Source: Anaerohalosphaeraceae bacterium (GTDB taxonomy: Bacteria > Planctomycetota > Phycisphaerae > Sedimentisphaerales > Anaerohalosphaeraceae). Taken from it: a stretch of 64,000 nt of DNA. The stretch's first letter is position 1, and the number at the start of each line of letters is the position of its first letter. The stretch lies in contig CAXXSL010000016.1 in NCBI GenBank assembly GCA_963675525.2, positions 352,001 to 416,000 of the forward strand, written 5' to 3'. Shown here one piece after another: positions 20,249 through 30,904 of the stretch. Both the position numbers and the translations under genes were made by a program. Below the pieces are notes generated by a model that was not told the DNA's origin, did no database searches, and saw only the letters and a list, made by a program, of their open reading frames with translations.

Positions 20249-21817
20249 ATGGAAAAAGTCAAAATATACGATACGACACTGCGGGACGGGATGCAGGCCG
20301 AAGGCGTCAGTTTTTCCGCTGAGGACAAGCTGCAGATCGCCCAGCATCTGGACGAATTCGGTATAGATTACGTCGAAGGTGGATTTCCACTCAGTAATCC
20401 CAAAGAAGAAGAGTTCTTCGCCCGGATCAAAGAGGTCGATTTTAAACATGCCAAAGTTGCCGCTTTCGGCAGTACCCGCCGGGCCGGCAACACCGTCGAA
20501 AATGACCCCTGTCTCGGTGCATTGATGGCCTGCGGCGCAGAGGTTGTCACGCTGGTCGGAAAAACATGGGACATGCACGTCACGGATGTGCTGCGTTGCA
20601 GCCTCGACGAAAATCTCGAACTTTGCGCAGACTCGGTCGCCTATCTTGTCAAAAATGGGCGGGAAATCGTCTTTGACGCCGAACACTTTTTCGACGGTTT
20701 TAAGGCCAATCCCGAATACGCAATGAAAGTCCTGCAAGCCGCCGCCGACGCCGGGGCGGGCACACTGGTCCTGTGTGAAACCAACGGCGGTGCCCTGCCG
20801 GACGAGGTGTTTGCTATCACCGGGCAGGTCTGCAAGGCGTTTGGACAGGTCATTGTGGGCGTCCATTGCCACAACGATTCGGACTGCGCAGTTGCCAATA
20901 CGCTGGCGGCAGTGCGAGCCGGAGCACGTCACGTCCAGGGAACGATCAACGGACTGGGCGAACGAACGGGTAACGCCAATCTGTGTACCATCATCCCGAA
21001 TCTCTCGTTAAAAATGGGATACGAGACGGTCGGCGCCGATAAGATACAAGCTCTGACAGAATTGTCACGATATGTTTTTGAAGTGGCCAATCTCGCCCCG
21101 AGTCTGAACATGCCCTATGTAGGCGAAAGTGCTTTTGCTCATAAGGGCGGACTGCACATTGACGCGATTCGCAAAAATGAAAAAACCTACGAGCATATCT
21201 CGCCGGAGTTGGTGGGCAATGAACGGCGGTTCCTGATTTCGGAATTGTCCGGGGCCTCGAACGTACTGGACAAGCTCGAAAAGAAAAAAATGATCACGGA
21301 TAAGGCCCTGGCTCGCAAAATTCTGTCGCGCGTTCAACTGATGGAAAACGAAGGCTATCAGTTCGAAACTGCCGAAGCCAGCTTTGACCTGCTCATTAAA
21401 AAAGAAATGGGAACTTATGAGAAGACGTTCGATCTGTTGAAGTACCATATCGATGTGGAACGCAGCCCTTCCGGCCAAATGGTCACCGAAGCAACGGTCA
21501 AACTGCAGGTGGACGGCAAGACCGAACACGTCGTCAGCGAAGGCGACGGCCCGGTCAACGCCCTTGACGGTGCCCTGCGTAAGGCATTAGAGCCATTTTA
21601 TCCGAATATCAGTGATATGAGCCTGATCGACTATAAGGTGCGAGTGGTCAACGCCCGTGCCGGCACCGCCGCGAGGGTACGCGTTATCATCGAAAGCCGC
21701 GATCAGGAGGATATGTGGGGTACGGTCGGGGTCTCGGAAAATATCATCGAAGCAAGCTGGCACGCTCTGGTTGACAGCGTCGAATACAAGCTGCTCAAGG
21801 ACAGAGGGAAAATATAA
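20249..21817 (+). CDS. cimA: Citramalate synthase (LeuA/CimA family)
   Basis: YDTTLRDGMQAEG, FDAEHFFDG, HCHND, GERTGNANL, AFAHKGG, regulatory domain GDGPVNALD. Confidence 0.9.
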   Translation: MEKVKIYDTTLRDGMQAEGVSFSAEDKLQIAQHLDEFGIDYVEGGFPLSNPKEEEFFARIKEVDFKHAKVAAFGSTRRAGNTVENDPCLGALMACGAEVVTLVGKTWDMHVTDVLRCSLDENLELCADSVAYLVKNGREIVFDAEHFFDGFKANPEYAMKVLQAAADAGAGTLVLCETNGGALPDEVFAITGQVCKAFGQVIVGVHCHNDSDCAVANTLAAVRAGARHVQGTINGLGERTGNANLCTIIPNLSLKMGYETVGADKIQALTELSRYVFEVANLAPSLNMPYVGESAFAHKGGLHIDAIRKNEKTYEHISPELVGNERRFLISELSGASNVLDKLEKKKMITDKALARKILSRVQLMENEGYQFETAEASFDLLIKKEMGTYEKTFDLLKYHIDVERSPSGQMVTEATVKLQVDGKTEHVVSEGDGPVNALDGALRKALEPFYPNISDMSLIDYKVRVVNARAGTAARVRVIIESRDQEDMWGTVGVSENIIEASWHALVDSVEYKLLKDRGKI

Positions 21818-21830
21818 AATATCCCTGTTT

Positions 21831-21856
21831 GTCATTCCCGTGAAGACGGGGATCTA
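21831..21856 (+). repeat. REP-like palindrome GTCATTCCCGTGAAGACGGGGATCTA
   Basis: Same frame as the 118-144 copy. Confidence 0.7.
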
Positions 21857-21873
21857 ATTGTAAATTATACAAA

Positions 21874-21905
21874 AAAAGGATTCAGTCTGGAAGCTGAATC
21901 CTTTT
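21874..21905. terminator. Bidirectional intrinsic terminator
   Basis: AAAAGGATTCAG/CTGAATCCTTTT stem between convergent cimA and PEP-CTERM gene. Confidence 0.75.
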
Positions 21906-21940
21906 GTATTTATGTTTAGAAGGTGTATTGTCAGGACTGT

Positions 21941-22474
21941 TTATTTTTTCCTGCGAAGCAGTGCCAAGCTGCCCAGTCCCAGCAGTGACATTGTCGCCGG
22001 TTCCGGAATAGCAAGCTGCGTCAGGCAAAAACTAAAGTCTCCGGCCACCGGAACATTGACAATAAAAGCCAGGTCCGCTACTCCTCCGACCGGAACCGTC
22101 CCGCCGCTAAAGATCATTTGAGTCGGAGTTACAGAAACATTCGGTAACGCTAAGCTGAAACCGCTGACAAAAGTGGCGTCGCCAGCCAGCGTCAGTGAAT
22201 AAGCCGTCCAGACATGACCATTACCATTCAGAACGTTTTTTGTCATTGACAAATCGGGGTCTTCAGTTGTCAAACCATCAACATACACACTGTCCGGTCC
22301 TACAACAACATATGTTTCTTCTAACCAGACTGATTGTGTTTCCGGTACAAATCCCCACTCGTGAGTCGCATCGAAGTTTGCGTCATCAGGATTTGAACAA
22401 ACAACGCTGACAAATCCTGCTTGTGCGAATGCACAGACACTTAGAATTGCGATTAATAAACTAACCTTCCTCAT
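21941..22474 (-). CDS. PEP-CTERM surface protein
   Basis: Signal peptide; C-terminal IPEPATMSLLGLGSLALLRRKK; GGAGG RBS. Confidence 0.9.
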   Translation of the reverse strand: MRKVSLLIAILSVCAFAQAGFVSVVCSNPDDANFDATHEWGFVPETQSVWLEETYVVVGPDSVYVDGLTTEDPDLSMTKNVLNGNGHVWTAYSLTLAGDATFVSGFSLALPNVSVTPTQMIFSGGTVPVGGVADLAFIVNVPVAGDFSFCLTQLAIPEPATMSLLGLGSLALLRRKK

Positions 22475-22858
22475 CCTACACCTCCGTAAAAAGTAAAAAA
22501 TCACCCATCTTTCCAAGTTTGAGAGGAAGAACTAGACATGTCTCACCTCTCCTCCAGACTCTTTCACACTGCTAATCATACCCTAAAGGTGAGAATTGTC
22601 AAGGTGCTTTTTTATGGAAATCATTAAAAAATTTATAACTTATTAAATACAAAATGGTTATGTGATAAAAAAATTTTCTTTTTGGCATTTTCTATGGTTT
22701 TTCACATGGACATAAATCCGTTTTCACCATTTATATCAAAAAAAGCAGGATAGTTCCAAAAAAGTCCGATTCCAATATAGCCAATATAGGCAAAATCAGT
22801 CATAATAGGTTCCGCTTTAACCGTTGGCCTATAAACCCTACAAAAAGGATCGACCTGA

Positions 22859-24625
22859 ATGCCGAAACTGGACCCAACCACAATGAAGGACTGGCAGATC
22901 GCCGAAGCTGCCGAAGAAAACATGAAACCGCTCTATCAGCTTGCCCGCGACCTGGGCCTGGCCTATGGCGAACTGCTGCCAGTGGGTGAAAAGCTGGCCA
23001 AGCTGGATTATCAAAAGATCATCGAGCGGCTCCGCCATGCTCCGACCGGCCGGTATATTGATGTGACCGCCATCACTCCGACCCCATTCGGCGAAGGAAA
23101 AACCACAACCACCATCGGGCTGGTTCAAGGACTGGGCAAGCTCGGCAAACGGGTCGTCGGGTGCATTCGCCAACCCAGCGGCGGGCCAACCTTTAACATC
23201 AAAGGTTCCGCGGCCGGGGGCGGCCTGTCACAGTGTATCCCCATGGTGCCCTTCTCGATCCGTCTGACCGGTGACGTCGAATGCGTCACCAACGCCCATA
23301 ATCTGGCGATGGTTGCCCTGACGGCACGGATGCAGCACGAGCACAATTACGATGACGAACGGCTTGCCAAAATCGGCCTTCGACGGCTGAATATCGATCC
23401 GGAAAATGTACAGATCAAATGGGCCATTGACTATTGCGCACAGGCGCTGCGAAACATGACCATCGGCAAAGGCGGCAAGATGGACGGGCTGGAAATGGAA
23501 TCCGGCGCCCAGATATCGGTCTCCAGTGAGGTCATGGCGATTCTGGCCGTAGCGAGAAATCTTCGTGATCTCCGTGAACGCATGGCCAAGATCGTTGTCG
23601 CCTATGACAAAGCGGGCAATGAAGTCACCACGGCCGACCTTGAAGTGGACGGCGCGATGACCGCATGGATGGTGGATGCGTTAAACCCCAACCTTGTGCA
23701 GACCATCGAGGGCCAGCCGATATTGGTTCACGCCGGACCGTTCGCCAATATCGCCATTGGCCAAAGCAGTATTATCGCCGATCTGGTCGCTACCAAACTC
23801 AGTGATTTTGTGGTCACCGAAAGCGGTTTTGCCTCCGATATTGGATTCGAAAAATTCTGGAACCTCAAATGCCGCATGTCCGGTCTGAAACCCCACGCCG
23901 TCGTGATCGTCGCAACAATCCGGGCATTGAAGATGCACGGCGGCGGTCCGGAAGTGAAGCCTGGCAAGCCGCTGGCACCGGAATACGCACAGGAAAACCT
24001 GGAACTGCTGGAAAAAGGATGTGAGAATTTGATCGCACACATTGATATTGTTCGCAAATGCGGAATTCGCCCCATTGTTTGCATCAACAAATTCTACACC
24101 GATACCGATGCGGAAGTAAATCTCGTCCGGCGTATTGCAGAGGAATACGGTGCCGAAGCGGCCGCTTCCGACCACTGGCTCAAAGGCGGAGACGGCGCCA
24201 TCGAACTGGCCGAAAAAGTCGCCGCCGTTGCGCAGGAAGAAAAAGAGTTCAAATATCTCTATGACCTGGAAATGCCGCTGAAAGAACGTATCGAAAAGAT
24301 CGCCACGGAAATCTACGGCGCCAAAGGCGTTACCTATACGGAAAAAGCACTGAAAAAGATCAACCAGATCGACAGCGACCCGCACATGCGTCAACTGGGT
24401 ACCTGTATGGTCAAAACGCATCTGAGCCTCTCGCATGACCCGAACCTCAAAGGCCGCCCCACCGGATGGGAACTGCCGATCCGCGACGTGATGGTCTATG
24501 AAGGCGCCGGTTACGTCGTCCCCATCGCTGGCGATATCAAACTCATGCCCGGCACCGGTTCCGACCCGGCCTATCGCCGAATCGATGTTGATATTAAAAC
24601 CGGCAAGGTCACCGGAATGTTCTGA
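22859..24625 (+). CDS. fhs: Formate--tetrahydrofolate ligase
   Basis: [38 protein letters not shown]. Confidence 0.97.
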   Translation: MPKLDPTTMKDWQIAEAAEENMKPLYQLARDLGLAYGELLPVGEKLAKLDYQKIIERLRHAPTGRYIDVTAITPTPFGEGKTTTTIGLVQGLGKLGKRVVGCIRQPSGGPTFNIKGSAAGGGLSQCIPMVPFSIRLTGDVECVTNAHNLAMVALTARMQHEHNYDDERLAKIGLRRLNIDPENVQIKWAIDYCAQALRNMTIGKGGKMDGLEMESGAQISVSSEVMAILAVARNLRDLRERMAKIVVAYDKAGNEVTTADLEVDGAMTAWMVDALNPNLVQTIEGQPILVHAGPFANIAIGQSSIIADLVATKLSDFVVTESGFASDIGFEKFWNLKCRMSGLKPHAVVIVATIRALKMHGGGPEVKPGKPLAPEYAQENLELLEKGCENLIAHIDIVRKCGIRPIVCINKFYTDTDAEVNLVRRIAEEYGAEAAASDHWLKGGDGAIELAEKVAAVAQEEKEFKYLYDLEMPLKERIEKIATEIYGAKGVTYTEKALKKINQIDSDPHMRQLGTCMVKTHLSLSHDPNLKGRPTGWELPIRDVMVYEGAGYVVPIAGDIKLMPGTGSDPAYRRIDVDIKTGKVTGMF

Positions 24626-24699
24626 TTTCTCTTGTTAAGTCAGAGCAAATCTCTAAAATGGGTGGCTCAAGTAAACCTTAAAACGGGAGAACCAAGCGA

Positions 24700-25584
24700 A
24701 TGACTGCGCAAATTATTGATGGTAAACAGGTTGCCGCGGAAATGCGGGCCGAATTGAAGGCAAACGTCGCCGCGTTAAAGGCCAAAGGCGTCACGCCCGG
24801 CCTGGCGGTGGTGCTGGTCGGAGAAGACCCGGCTTCCAAATCGTATGTGACCGCCAAGGAAAAGGCCTGTGAGGAAATCGGCATCTACAGCGATGACAAC
24901 CGCCTGCCCGCCGATACCAGCGAAAAAGACCTGCTGGCACTGGTCGCCAAGCTCAATAAAGACCCAAAGATCAACGGTATCCTCGTGCAGTTACCGCTGC
25001 CCAAACATATTGATGAAGATAAGGTGCTGCTGGCGATCGACCCGGCCAAGGACGTCGACGGCTTCCACCCGGTCAACGTCGGCAAGATGGTCGTCGGACA
25101 GGATGCGTTTTTGCCCTGTACGCCGCACGGTGTCATCCAGTTGCTGATTCGCAGTGGTGTCAAACTGGAAGGGGCCGAGGTGGTCGTGGTCGGCCGGAGT
25201 AACATCGTCGGCAAACCCGTCGCCAACATGCTCATCCAGAAGGCCCCTACCGGCAACGCCACCGTTACCGTGTGCCATACACGATCAAAGCATACTGCCG
25301 AACACTGCAAACGCGCCGACATCATCATCGCCGCGGCGGGTCGGCCAAACACCGTGACTGCGGATATGGTCAAAGACGGCGCGGTCATCATCGACGTGGG
25401 TGTCAACCGTGTCGAAGACGCAACCAAGAAACGTGGATACCGCCTGATCGGTGATGTGGATTTTGAGGCAATTAAGGAAAAGGCCAGTCTGATCACGCCC
25501 GTTCCCGGCGGCGTCGGGCCGATGACGATCACAATGCTGCTGTACAACACGGTTCAATCGGCGGAAAAAACACTGAAAGGATAA
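24700..25584 (+). CDS. folD: Methylene-THF dehydrogenase/cyclohydrolase
   Basis: GILVQLPLP, KDVDGFHP, PCTPHG, GRSNIVGKP, TPVPGGVGPMT. Confidence 0.97.
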   Translation: MTAQIIDGKQVAAEMRAELKANVAALKAKGVTPGLAVVLVGEDPASKSYVTAKEKACEEIGIYSDDNRLPADTSEKDLLALVAKLNKDPKINGILVQLPLPKHIDEDKVLLAIDPAKDVDGFHPVNVGKMVVGQDAFLPCTPHGVIQLLIRSGVKLEGAEVVVVGRSNIVGKPVANMLIQKAPTGNATVTVCHTRSKHTAEHCKRADIIIAAAGRPNTVTADMVKDGAVIIDVGVNRVEDATKKRGYRLIGDVDFEAIKEKASLITPVPGGVGPMTITMLLYNTVQSAEKTLKG

Positions 25585-25628
25585 GATGACTACTAAAAAA
25601 GTCCGGGCAAAAAAACACGCGGGCTTTT

Positions 25629-26252
25629 TTAAGGTTCCTGCTTTATAATATTCCGCAAGGGCGAATCACTACCGATCACTTCGTTATCTTCCGGTGACGT
25701 TTCCTCACCCAGCGTCAGCAAATGATCGATCGCCTTTTCGGAATTGCCGTCGAAGCAATGCAGGGAGTACCACCCCAGGAAATTACAGACCTTCTGAACA
25801 CCGGGCACCGACAATTTTTCCATATTGTCCCGGGTAGACAGCCAGTCCACCTGTCCGCGTGTCGAATAGGGGGTCACGCAAAAAATTAAAACAAGCAGGC
25901 AACAAATGATATAACCGCAGAGAAAGCCGATTATCGCCGAACCGACTTTATTCAGGATTCTGGGGAAATACTCATCACGATCCTGCAGGATACAAAAACA
26001 GGCAAACACCTGAAGCGCCCCGAAGACAAGAATGAATAATAAAAATACCATCGCCGCAGCGTAATAGCCCGAAGTTTCATAACCCGAACTGAAATGCATC
26101 AGCTTCTGCGTCGAAAGAACGGAAATGAAAATCGCGAACATAAGATTGAAAAGGGTTGCGAACATCACGAAAAAACCCTTTTTAATCCCCAACCAGGTAA
26201 ATAATAAACTGATAATAATCATAACCCACAGCAACATGCCATTATCCCTCAT
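25629..26252 (-). CDS. CvpA-like membrane protein
   Basis: About 4-5 TM, G..KGF, 'LNKVGSAIIGFLCG' CvpA-like motif; paralog at 48185. Confidence 0.55.
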   Translation of the reverse strand: MRDNGMLLWVMIIISLLFTWLGIKKGFFVMFATLFNLMFAIFISVLSTQKLMHFSSGYETSGYYAAAMVFLLFILVFGALQVFACFCILQDRDEYFPRILNKVGSAIIGFLCGYIICCLLVLIFCVTPYSTRGQVDWLSTRDNMEKLSVPGVQKVCNFLGWYSLHCFDGNSEKAIDHLLTLGEETSPEDNEVIGSDSPLRNIIKQEP

Positions 26253-27864
26253 TCACCGTTAGTCGTTTCACTTCACTGAGCGTTGTCACCCCTTCCAGCA
26301 CCTTATTCATTCCCTCCTTGCGAAGTGATGAGTTAAAGTGTTTTTCGCCCTGTTTCTTCATATCGCCCGGCATAAACTGGTTATTGCACAGTAAGGTACG
26401 AAGATGGTCATTCATATACATCACATCAAGAATCGCCATCCGTCCGTAATACCCTGTCCCGCCGCAGTGGCCGCAGCCGTGCGCCTGAAGGATCTGTTTT
26501 TTGTCGACACTGTTTTTCAGGCAGTAGTCAATCTGGCTTTGAGTCAATTCCGCCGGGCCCTTACAATATTGGCACAAACAGCGTATCAGACGCTGAGAGA
26601 TGACGACCGAAACCGCAGACGAGATCAACAACGGCTTGACACCGAGATCGATCAAGCGCACCAGAGCCGACATATTGCTGTTGGCATGAAGCGTCGCCAA
26701 GACCAAATGTCCCGTCTGAGATGCCTGTATCGCCATCTGAGCTGTTTCAGTATCCCGAATCTCGCCGATGCAAATGACATCCGGATCCTGACGCAGAATA
26801 CTGCGAAGCGCTGTCGCAAAGGTCACCTCGGCTCGCGTATTGACTTCGATCTGGCTGATATGCGGCATAATATGTTCAATGGGATCTTCAATTGTGATCA
26901 CATTTCGCTGCTGGAAATCAATGGTTTGCAGCATACCGTAGAGTGTCGTCGATTTTCCGCTTCCGGTCGGTCCGCACACCAGGATCATTCCCTGTGGCTG
27001 CTGAACGATTTTTTTCAGCATTTTGGCCTGCTCGGGGGAAAAACCGATCTGCGATAGGGTCAAGAGGCCCCGTGTCTGATCCATAACACGAATCGCCAGT
27101 TTTTCTCCGCCCAGCACACCGGAAGTCGCCATACGAAAATACACGTCGCCATCTTGGAGTTTTGCCATAAATGCACCGTCCTGAGGACGGCGCTTTTCGG
27201 CAATGTCCATACCGGCAATCGCTTTCAGGCTGTTAATCATGGCATTACATTCGTGCCTTTCCAGCACATTAAACAGCCGTAAAAAACCGTCTACACGAAA
27301 ACGAATGGTGTATTCCGAGTCACTCTTGGGGTCGATCAGGATGTCACTGGCTCGACCGTTGATTCCTTTCAGAATCATTGCTTCGGTTCGCTCCTGAATG
27401 TTCCGATCTGCCCCATCTCCTCGAAGTTCTTTAACATAAACCGCATCAAAAGAACGCCCTGATGTGTCCAGCAATTCAATGGTTCGTTCGCGATGTCCTA
27501 TCGATTTCTTACGAACCGGCTTTTCAAGGATGCAATTGAGCGTATAGGCGGGGATCTCAGACAATGTCAATTCGCCGTCCTGTAATTTTTGAACGGTTGC
27601 GGCAACAAAAAGAACAAACAAATGAAGCGGCCCTGCAACCAATGCCGTGATGTTAAAGAGATAGCGGTATTTGTCCTTCACCAAGGGACTGTTGTCCGAC
27701 CGTTTCACCGAATACAGACACAGATAAAACCATACGATGAAAAAAGCCGTCTTCAGGGGGTGATAAGGAAGCGCAGGGTCTCCAGCCACCTCCAGCATTG
27801 CTCCTCCAAGGATTCCTTTACCGAACATAATGCCTGAAAAACCAAAGCTCGTAAACATATCCAT
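26242..27864 (-). CDS. GspE/PilB-family secretion ATPase with N-terminal hydrophobic segments
   Basis: ASDILIDP, RFRVDG, DIAEKRRPQDG, GPTGSGKST, TIEDPIE, LRQDPDVICIGEIRD, TGHLVLATLH, CQYC..CGHC. Confidence 0.9.
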   Translation of the reverse strand: MDMFTSFGFSGIMFGKGILGGAMLEVAGDPALPYHPLKTAFFIVWFYLCLYSVKRSDNSPLVKDKYRYLFNITALVAGPLHLFVLFVAATVQKLQDGELTLSEIPAYTLNCILEKPVRKKSIGHRERTIELLDTSGRSFDAVYVKELRGDGADRNIQERTEAMILKGINGRASDILIDPKSDSEYTIRFRVDGFLRLFNVLERHECNAMINSLKAIAGMDIAEKRRPQDGAFMAKLQDGDVYFRMATSGVLGGEKLAIRVMDQTRGLLTLSQIGFSPEQAKMLKKIVQQPQGMILVCGPTGSGKSTTLYGMLQTIDFQQRNVITIEDPIEHIMPHISQIEVNTRAEVTFATALRSILRQDPDVICIGEIRDTETAQMAIQASQTGHLVLATLHANSNMSALVRLIDLGVKPLLISSAVSVVISQRLIRCLCQYCKGPAELTQSQIDYCLKNSVDKKQILQAHGCGHCGGTGYYGRMAILDVMYMNDHLRTLLCNNQFMPGDMKKQGEKHFNSSLRKEGMNKVLEGVTTLSEVKRLTVNEG

Positions 27865-28016
27865 TTCCTTCTATCCATAATAAGAATACCGGATATGATA
27901 CAGGAAAAAATGGCTTCTGCAACCAAGATTTTTAGACTTTTGAGATGACGTTGACGAAAGGGATAACAAAACGCACTTTGGGGGGAGCAACTCCGGTAAA
28001 TGCTGTTTTCTATGGC

Positions 28017-28688
28017 TTACGGAGCTTTTGCATGACTTTCCGCAGACACCAAAAAGCGTTGGATAGCCTCACGCAGTCCACTGCTGATCGCGGCAACGCG
28101 TGACAACTCTTCGGCTGTCAGCGGATGGCCGGCATGCCGATAGACAAAAATGAATCCGAGCCCCTGTCCGAATCGCCCTAACGGCACAGCCGCGGCGGAA
28201 AGCGTCTTCATGATCGCCGGCGGCCCCTGCAATCCCATTCGAAGCATCTGTTCCAGCGAGCAGACGCGGTTGCTCTGGCTGATATGATCCACTAACCGAC
28301 GCGTAAACCACTCCTGAAAGTGTGTTACTTCGATATGATCGGAAAGGCCCGCATCGGCCAGTTGGACATTAAACCCATTGTCCTCCAATAAAAAGATCGC
28401 CACTGAAGCCCCTTCGATATTCCCCCGAATGCTCTGGACCGCAATGTCTAAAATCTGTTCGCAGTCATAGCCAGATAGCAACGCCTCATAAAGCGAAACC
28501 ACAAAATTCAGGCTGGCCAGTTTCATGGAAAATTCACGATGGGCCGAAACCATGTCATTGCACAATATGTCGATTTGCCGGGCCTGTTTGTCATGGCGTG
28601 AACGCAAAGCACGAATCACCTCTAATGCCCGTTTATGATTTCTTATCGCCAAGTTTGTACCCTCATCTAACCATGTATAAATTCTCAT
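28017..28688 (-). CDS. Hypothetical protein: coiled-coil plus GAF-like domain
   Basis: AAAVPL...LGFIFVYR....LTAEE pattern typical of a GAF C-terminus. Confidence 0.55.
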   Translation of the reverse strand: MRIYTWLDEGTNLAIRNHKRALEVIRALRSRHDKQARQIDILCNDMVSAHREFSMKLASLNFVVSLYEALLSGYDCEQILDIAVQSIRGNIEGASVAIFLLEDNGFNVQLADAGLSDHIEVTHFQEWFTRRLVDHISQSNRVCSLEQMLRMGLQGPPAIMKTLSAAAVPLGRFGQGLGFIFVYRHAGHPLTAEELSRVAAISSGLREAIQRFLVSAESHAKAP

Positions 28689-28830
28689 TGATTCCGGCTG
28701 TTATGTCGGCGTTTTCAGATTACGCCTTAACTGCCCTTTAATGAGAATTCGCAACGACCAGACTCATACTTATCGGGCCTTGGTACACCCTTAAACACCC
28801 CCCTTTTCAGTGTTGATATAGGGTTTAAGG

Positions 28831-29943
28831 TCAGGGAGCTGAATATTCCCTGATCCCGGGAGGAATTGAATTGTCCAGAATTAATTCTTTTAAGGGTTGC
28901 CTGCGGATCTTAATTGAAGCCGGCGGGGTTATCGGAGCAACCTTTACCCCCAAAACATCCTTTTTCTCGGGCTGAGTTCGAAGGGGTTTGGTTCGGACCG
29001 CCTCTTGTTTTTTATAACGTCCAAGGGTTGAATATTCCAGAAAATGACCGTTCGCCCACTCGGTTTGCTGACTGTCTCCCCGACCTCTCATCACCGCAAA
29101 CGAATACCCGGCTGTCATTAAACAGTCAAGACTTTTAAATCCCCGCTCCCGATAAGCCACATCATAAAAGACCCATCCCGCGTCCGGGAAATACACTTCG
29201 ATAACCGTAAATCCGCCGTTCCCTTCAATGTATTTACAATCAACCACATCGCAGGGAATTTGCAGTTTCCTCAGCATCGCACAGGCCAGGCGTGATTGAC
29301 TGACGCTATTTCCTTTGCGGTTCGTTAATATCTCATCAGAACCGACACTTTTGCCGCGTTCATACGTGATCAAATCATTAATCCAATCGCAGACCCGTTC
29401 GACGGTATCTTCTGCGGATTTGCTTTTTTTTCTGATCTCCGTACAAATCGTATCAAGACGGTCATTGTTAAGGTTAATCTTCTCATCCTCATCGTTTCCA
29501 AGGTACTCTTTAAACCGCTCCAGCACCTCAGGCGGATAAGGACATACGGCCTTCGTACACAGTTTGTTTCGACAGATCAGGTCGATCGTCAGATGTTCCT
29601 GAACACGAACGACCCCCACGGACGCCTTATTCCATATCAGCCTATAAAATTTTCGAGGCCGAGTGCTGTAATCCTTGGACTCGATTGTAACGCTATCGGG
29701 AGCAACGGAATACTCCAATTCTGAATTGATGATGATCTGTTCGTTGGTGGCACCGTAAAAACTCATCATCGCCGGAATATACGCCGCGTTCCATTTATCT
29801 ATCGATAACGCAATATCATAAGTACGTTCCGCTTTTACACGGCGTTTGCAGACCGGGGGTTGAAAAGAATACGTTGCGCCATCACTTATCAGACTGACAA
29901 GCAAGACGAACAAAACCGTGCCGTTTTTAAAAGACCGGCCCAT
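28831..29943 (-). CDS. Secreted transglutaminase-like domain protein (catalytic residues substituted)
   Basis: WI...ITY, KGNS, AMLRKLQIP, IEVYFPDAGWVFYD; signal peptide. Confidence 0.7.
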   Translation of the reverse strand: MGRSFKNGTVLFVLLVSLISDGATYSFQPPVCKRRVKAERTYDIALSIDKWNAAYIPAMMSFYGATNEQIIINSELEYSVAPDSVTIESKDYSTRPRKFYRLIWNKASVGVVRVQEHLTIDLICRNKLCTKAVCPYPPEVLERFKEYLGNDEDEKINLNNDRLDTICTEIRKKSKSAEDTVERVCDWINDLITYERGKSVGSDEILTNRKGNSVSQSRLACAMLRKLQIPCDVVDCKYIEGNGGFTVIEVYFPDAGWVFYDVAYRERGFKSLDCLMTAGYSFAVMRGRGDSQQTEWANGHFLEYSTLGRYKKQEAVRTKPLRTQPEKKDVLGVKVAPITPPASIKIRRQPLKELILDNSIPPGIREYSAP

Positions 29944-30053
29944 GGAAACCTCCTTAACACTAAAACAACTCGAAGCTTTGTTTTTTGAGCTTACTAACCT
30001 CCAACTTAAAATGACGCCCTATCATCTCAAAACAACTCCGTAAGGACGGATTT

Positions 30054-30548
30054 TTAATCTTCAAAATCGGCCTGCAGTATCTGCCCCATCTGGGACGAGA
30101 GACTCTCGATCTGGTCTTCGGTCAGGTGCGGATTGATAACCTCGGCGGTGCGGTCCTGCGCCGTCACTTTCAGCGTCCAGATTTCCCTGTTATCCTCAAT
30201 CCGGCAGGCATCATATTTGAGTTTGCGTTTTCGCATCAGGATCAGTGTCAAAACGAAACGGAAGTTCACCTTGTCCGCATCGGTCTCCTCAGCCAGCCGG
30301 TCGAAAAACGCCATCAGCATCTCATCATTGATAAAGATTTTCTTTTTCTGTTCCGGGTTCGGCATTTTGGTCTTCCAGAAGCAATACACTGCCGGCTTGT
30401 GCTCATTCCAGTAATCTATGCTGAAGTCGGTTCGCACTAACCCTTCGTCGGTATCGACCAACGCCGCAAAATACTCCTCGTCAATCTCAAATGCTCGATC
30501 CGTCCCGGAGCATTGCCCAAGCGTCTTTTTAATTTCCCAGTCTGCCAT
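30054..30548 (-). CDS. Conserved hypothetical protein
   Basis: 164 aa ORF with normal codon style; FVLTLILMRKRKLK motif. Confidence 0.75.
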   Translation of the reverse strand: MADWEIKKTLGQCSGTDRAFEIDEEYFAALVDTDEGLVRTDFSIDYWNEHKPAVYCFWKTKMPNPEQKKKIFINDEMLMAFFDRLAEETDADKVNFRFVLTLILMRKRKLKYDACRIEDNREIWTLKVTAQDRTAEVINPHLTEDQIESLSSQMGQILQADFED

Positions 30549-30648
30549 AATATTTTTGTTTTTCCTCTATCCTATTTGGGCTCTTGTCTTATATAAAAGA
30601 ATGATAAGAAGCTTTTTTTTCTGTTCCGAGAGCAAAAACCCCAGAGGC

Positions 30649-30894
30649 CTATTTTGCTCTCTCTACAAATTCAAGATCTTCATCAAATATTCTTTCTTTA
30701 TCAGGGCTTTCCACTATACTACTCTTAGCATTGCCTTCCCAATCAACCAAAAGCATTACCCCACCCTCTGGGACATCATAATCCTCAGCATTTTCAGTAT
30801 TGGGTACTAAAATAAATTCCACTATTCCTCGTCTTAAACCCCACAATACGAGATCCCCTTTTCTAACTTCTTCGCCTGTATGATAAAAAAACAT
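30649..30894 (-). CDS. Small acidic hypothetical protein, AT-rich
   Basis: 81 aa MFFYHTGEEVRKGDLV...DEDLEFVER; co-oriented, directly after comEA-like gene. Confidence 0.6.
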   Translation of the reverse strand: MFFYHTGEEVRKGDLVLWGLRRGIVEFILVPNTENAEDYDVPEGGVMLLVDWEGNAKSSIVESPDKERIFDEDLEFVERAK

Positions 30895-30904
30895 AGCTTC
30901 TCTT

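Noticed and set aside
22520..22858. Possible ZTP or THF riboswitch upstream of fhs-folD
   Set aside because: Region is AT-rich and shows no recognisable conserved aptamer motifs or stems by eye; an Rfam scan would settle it
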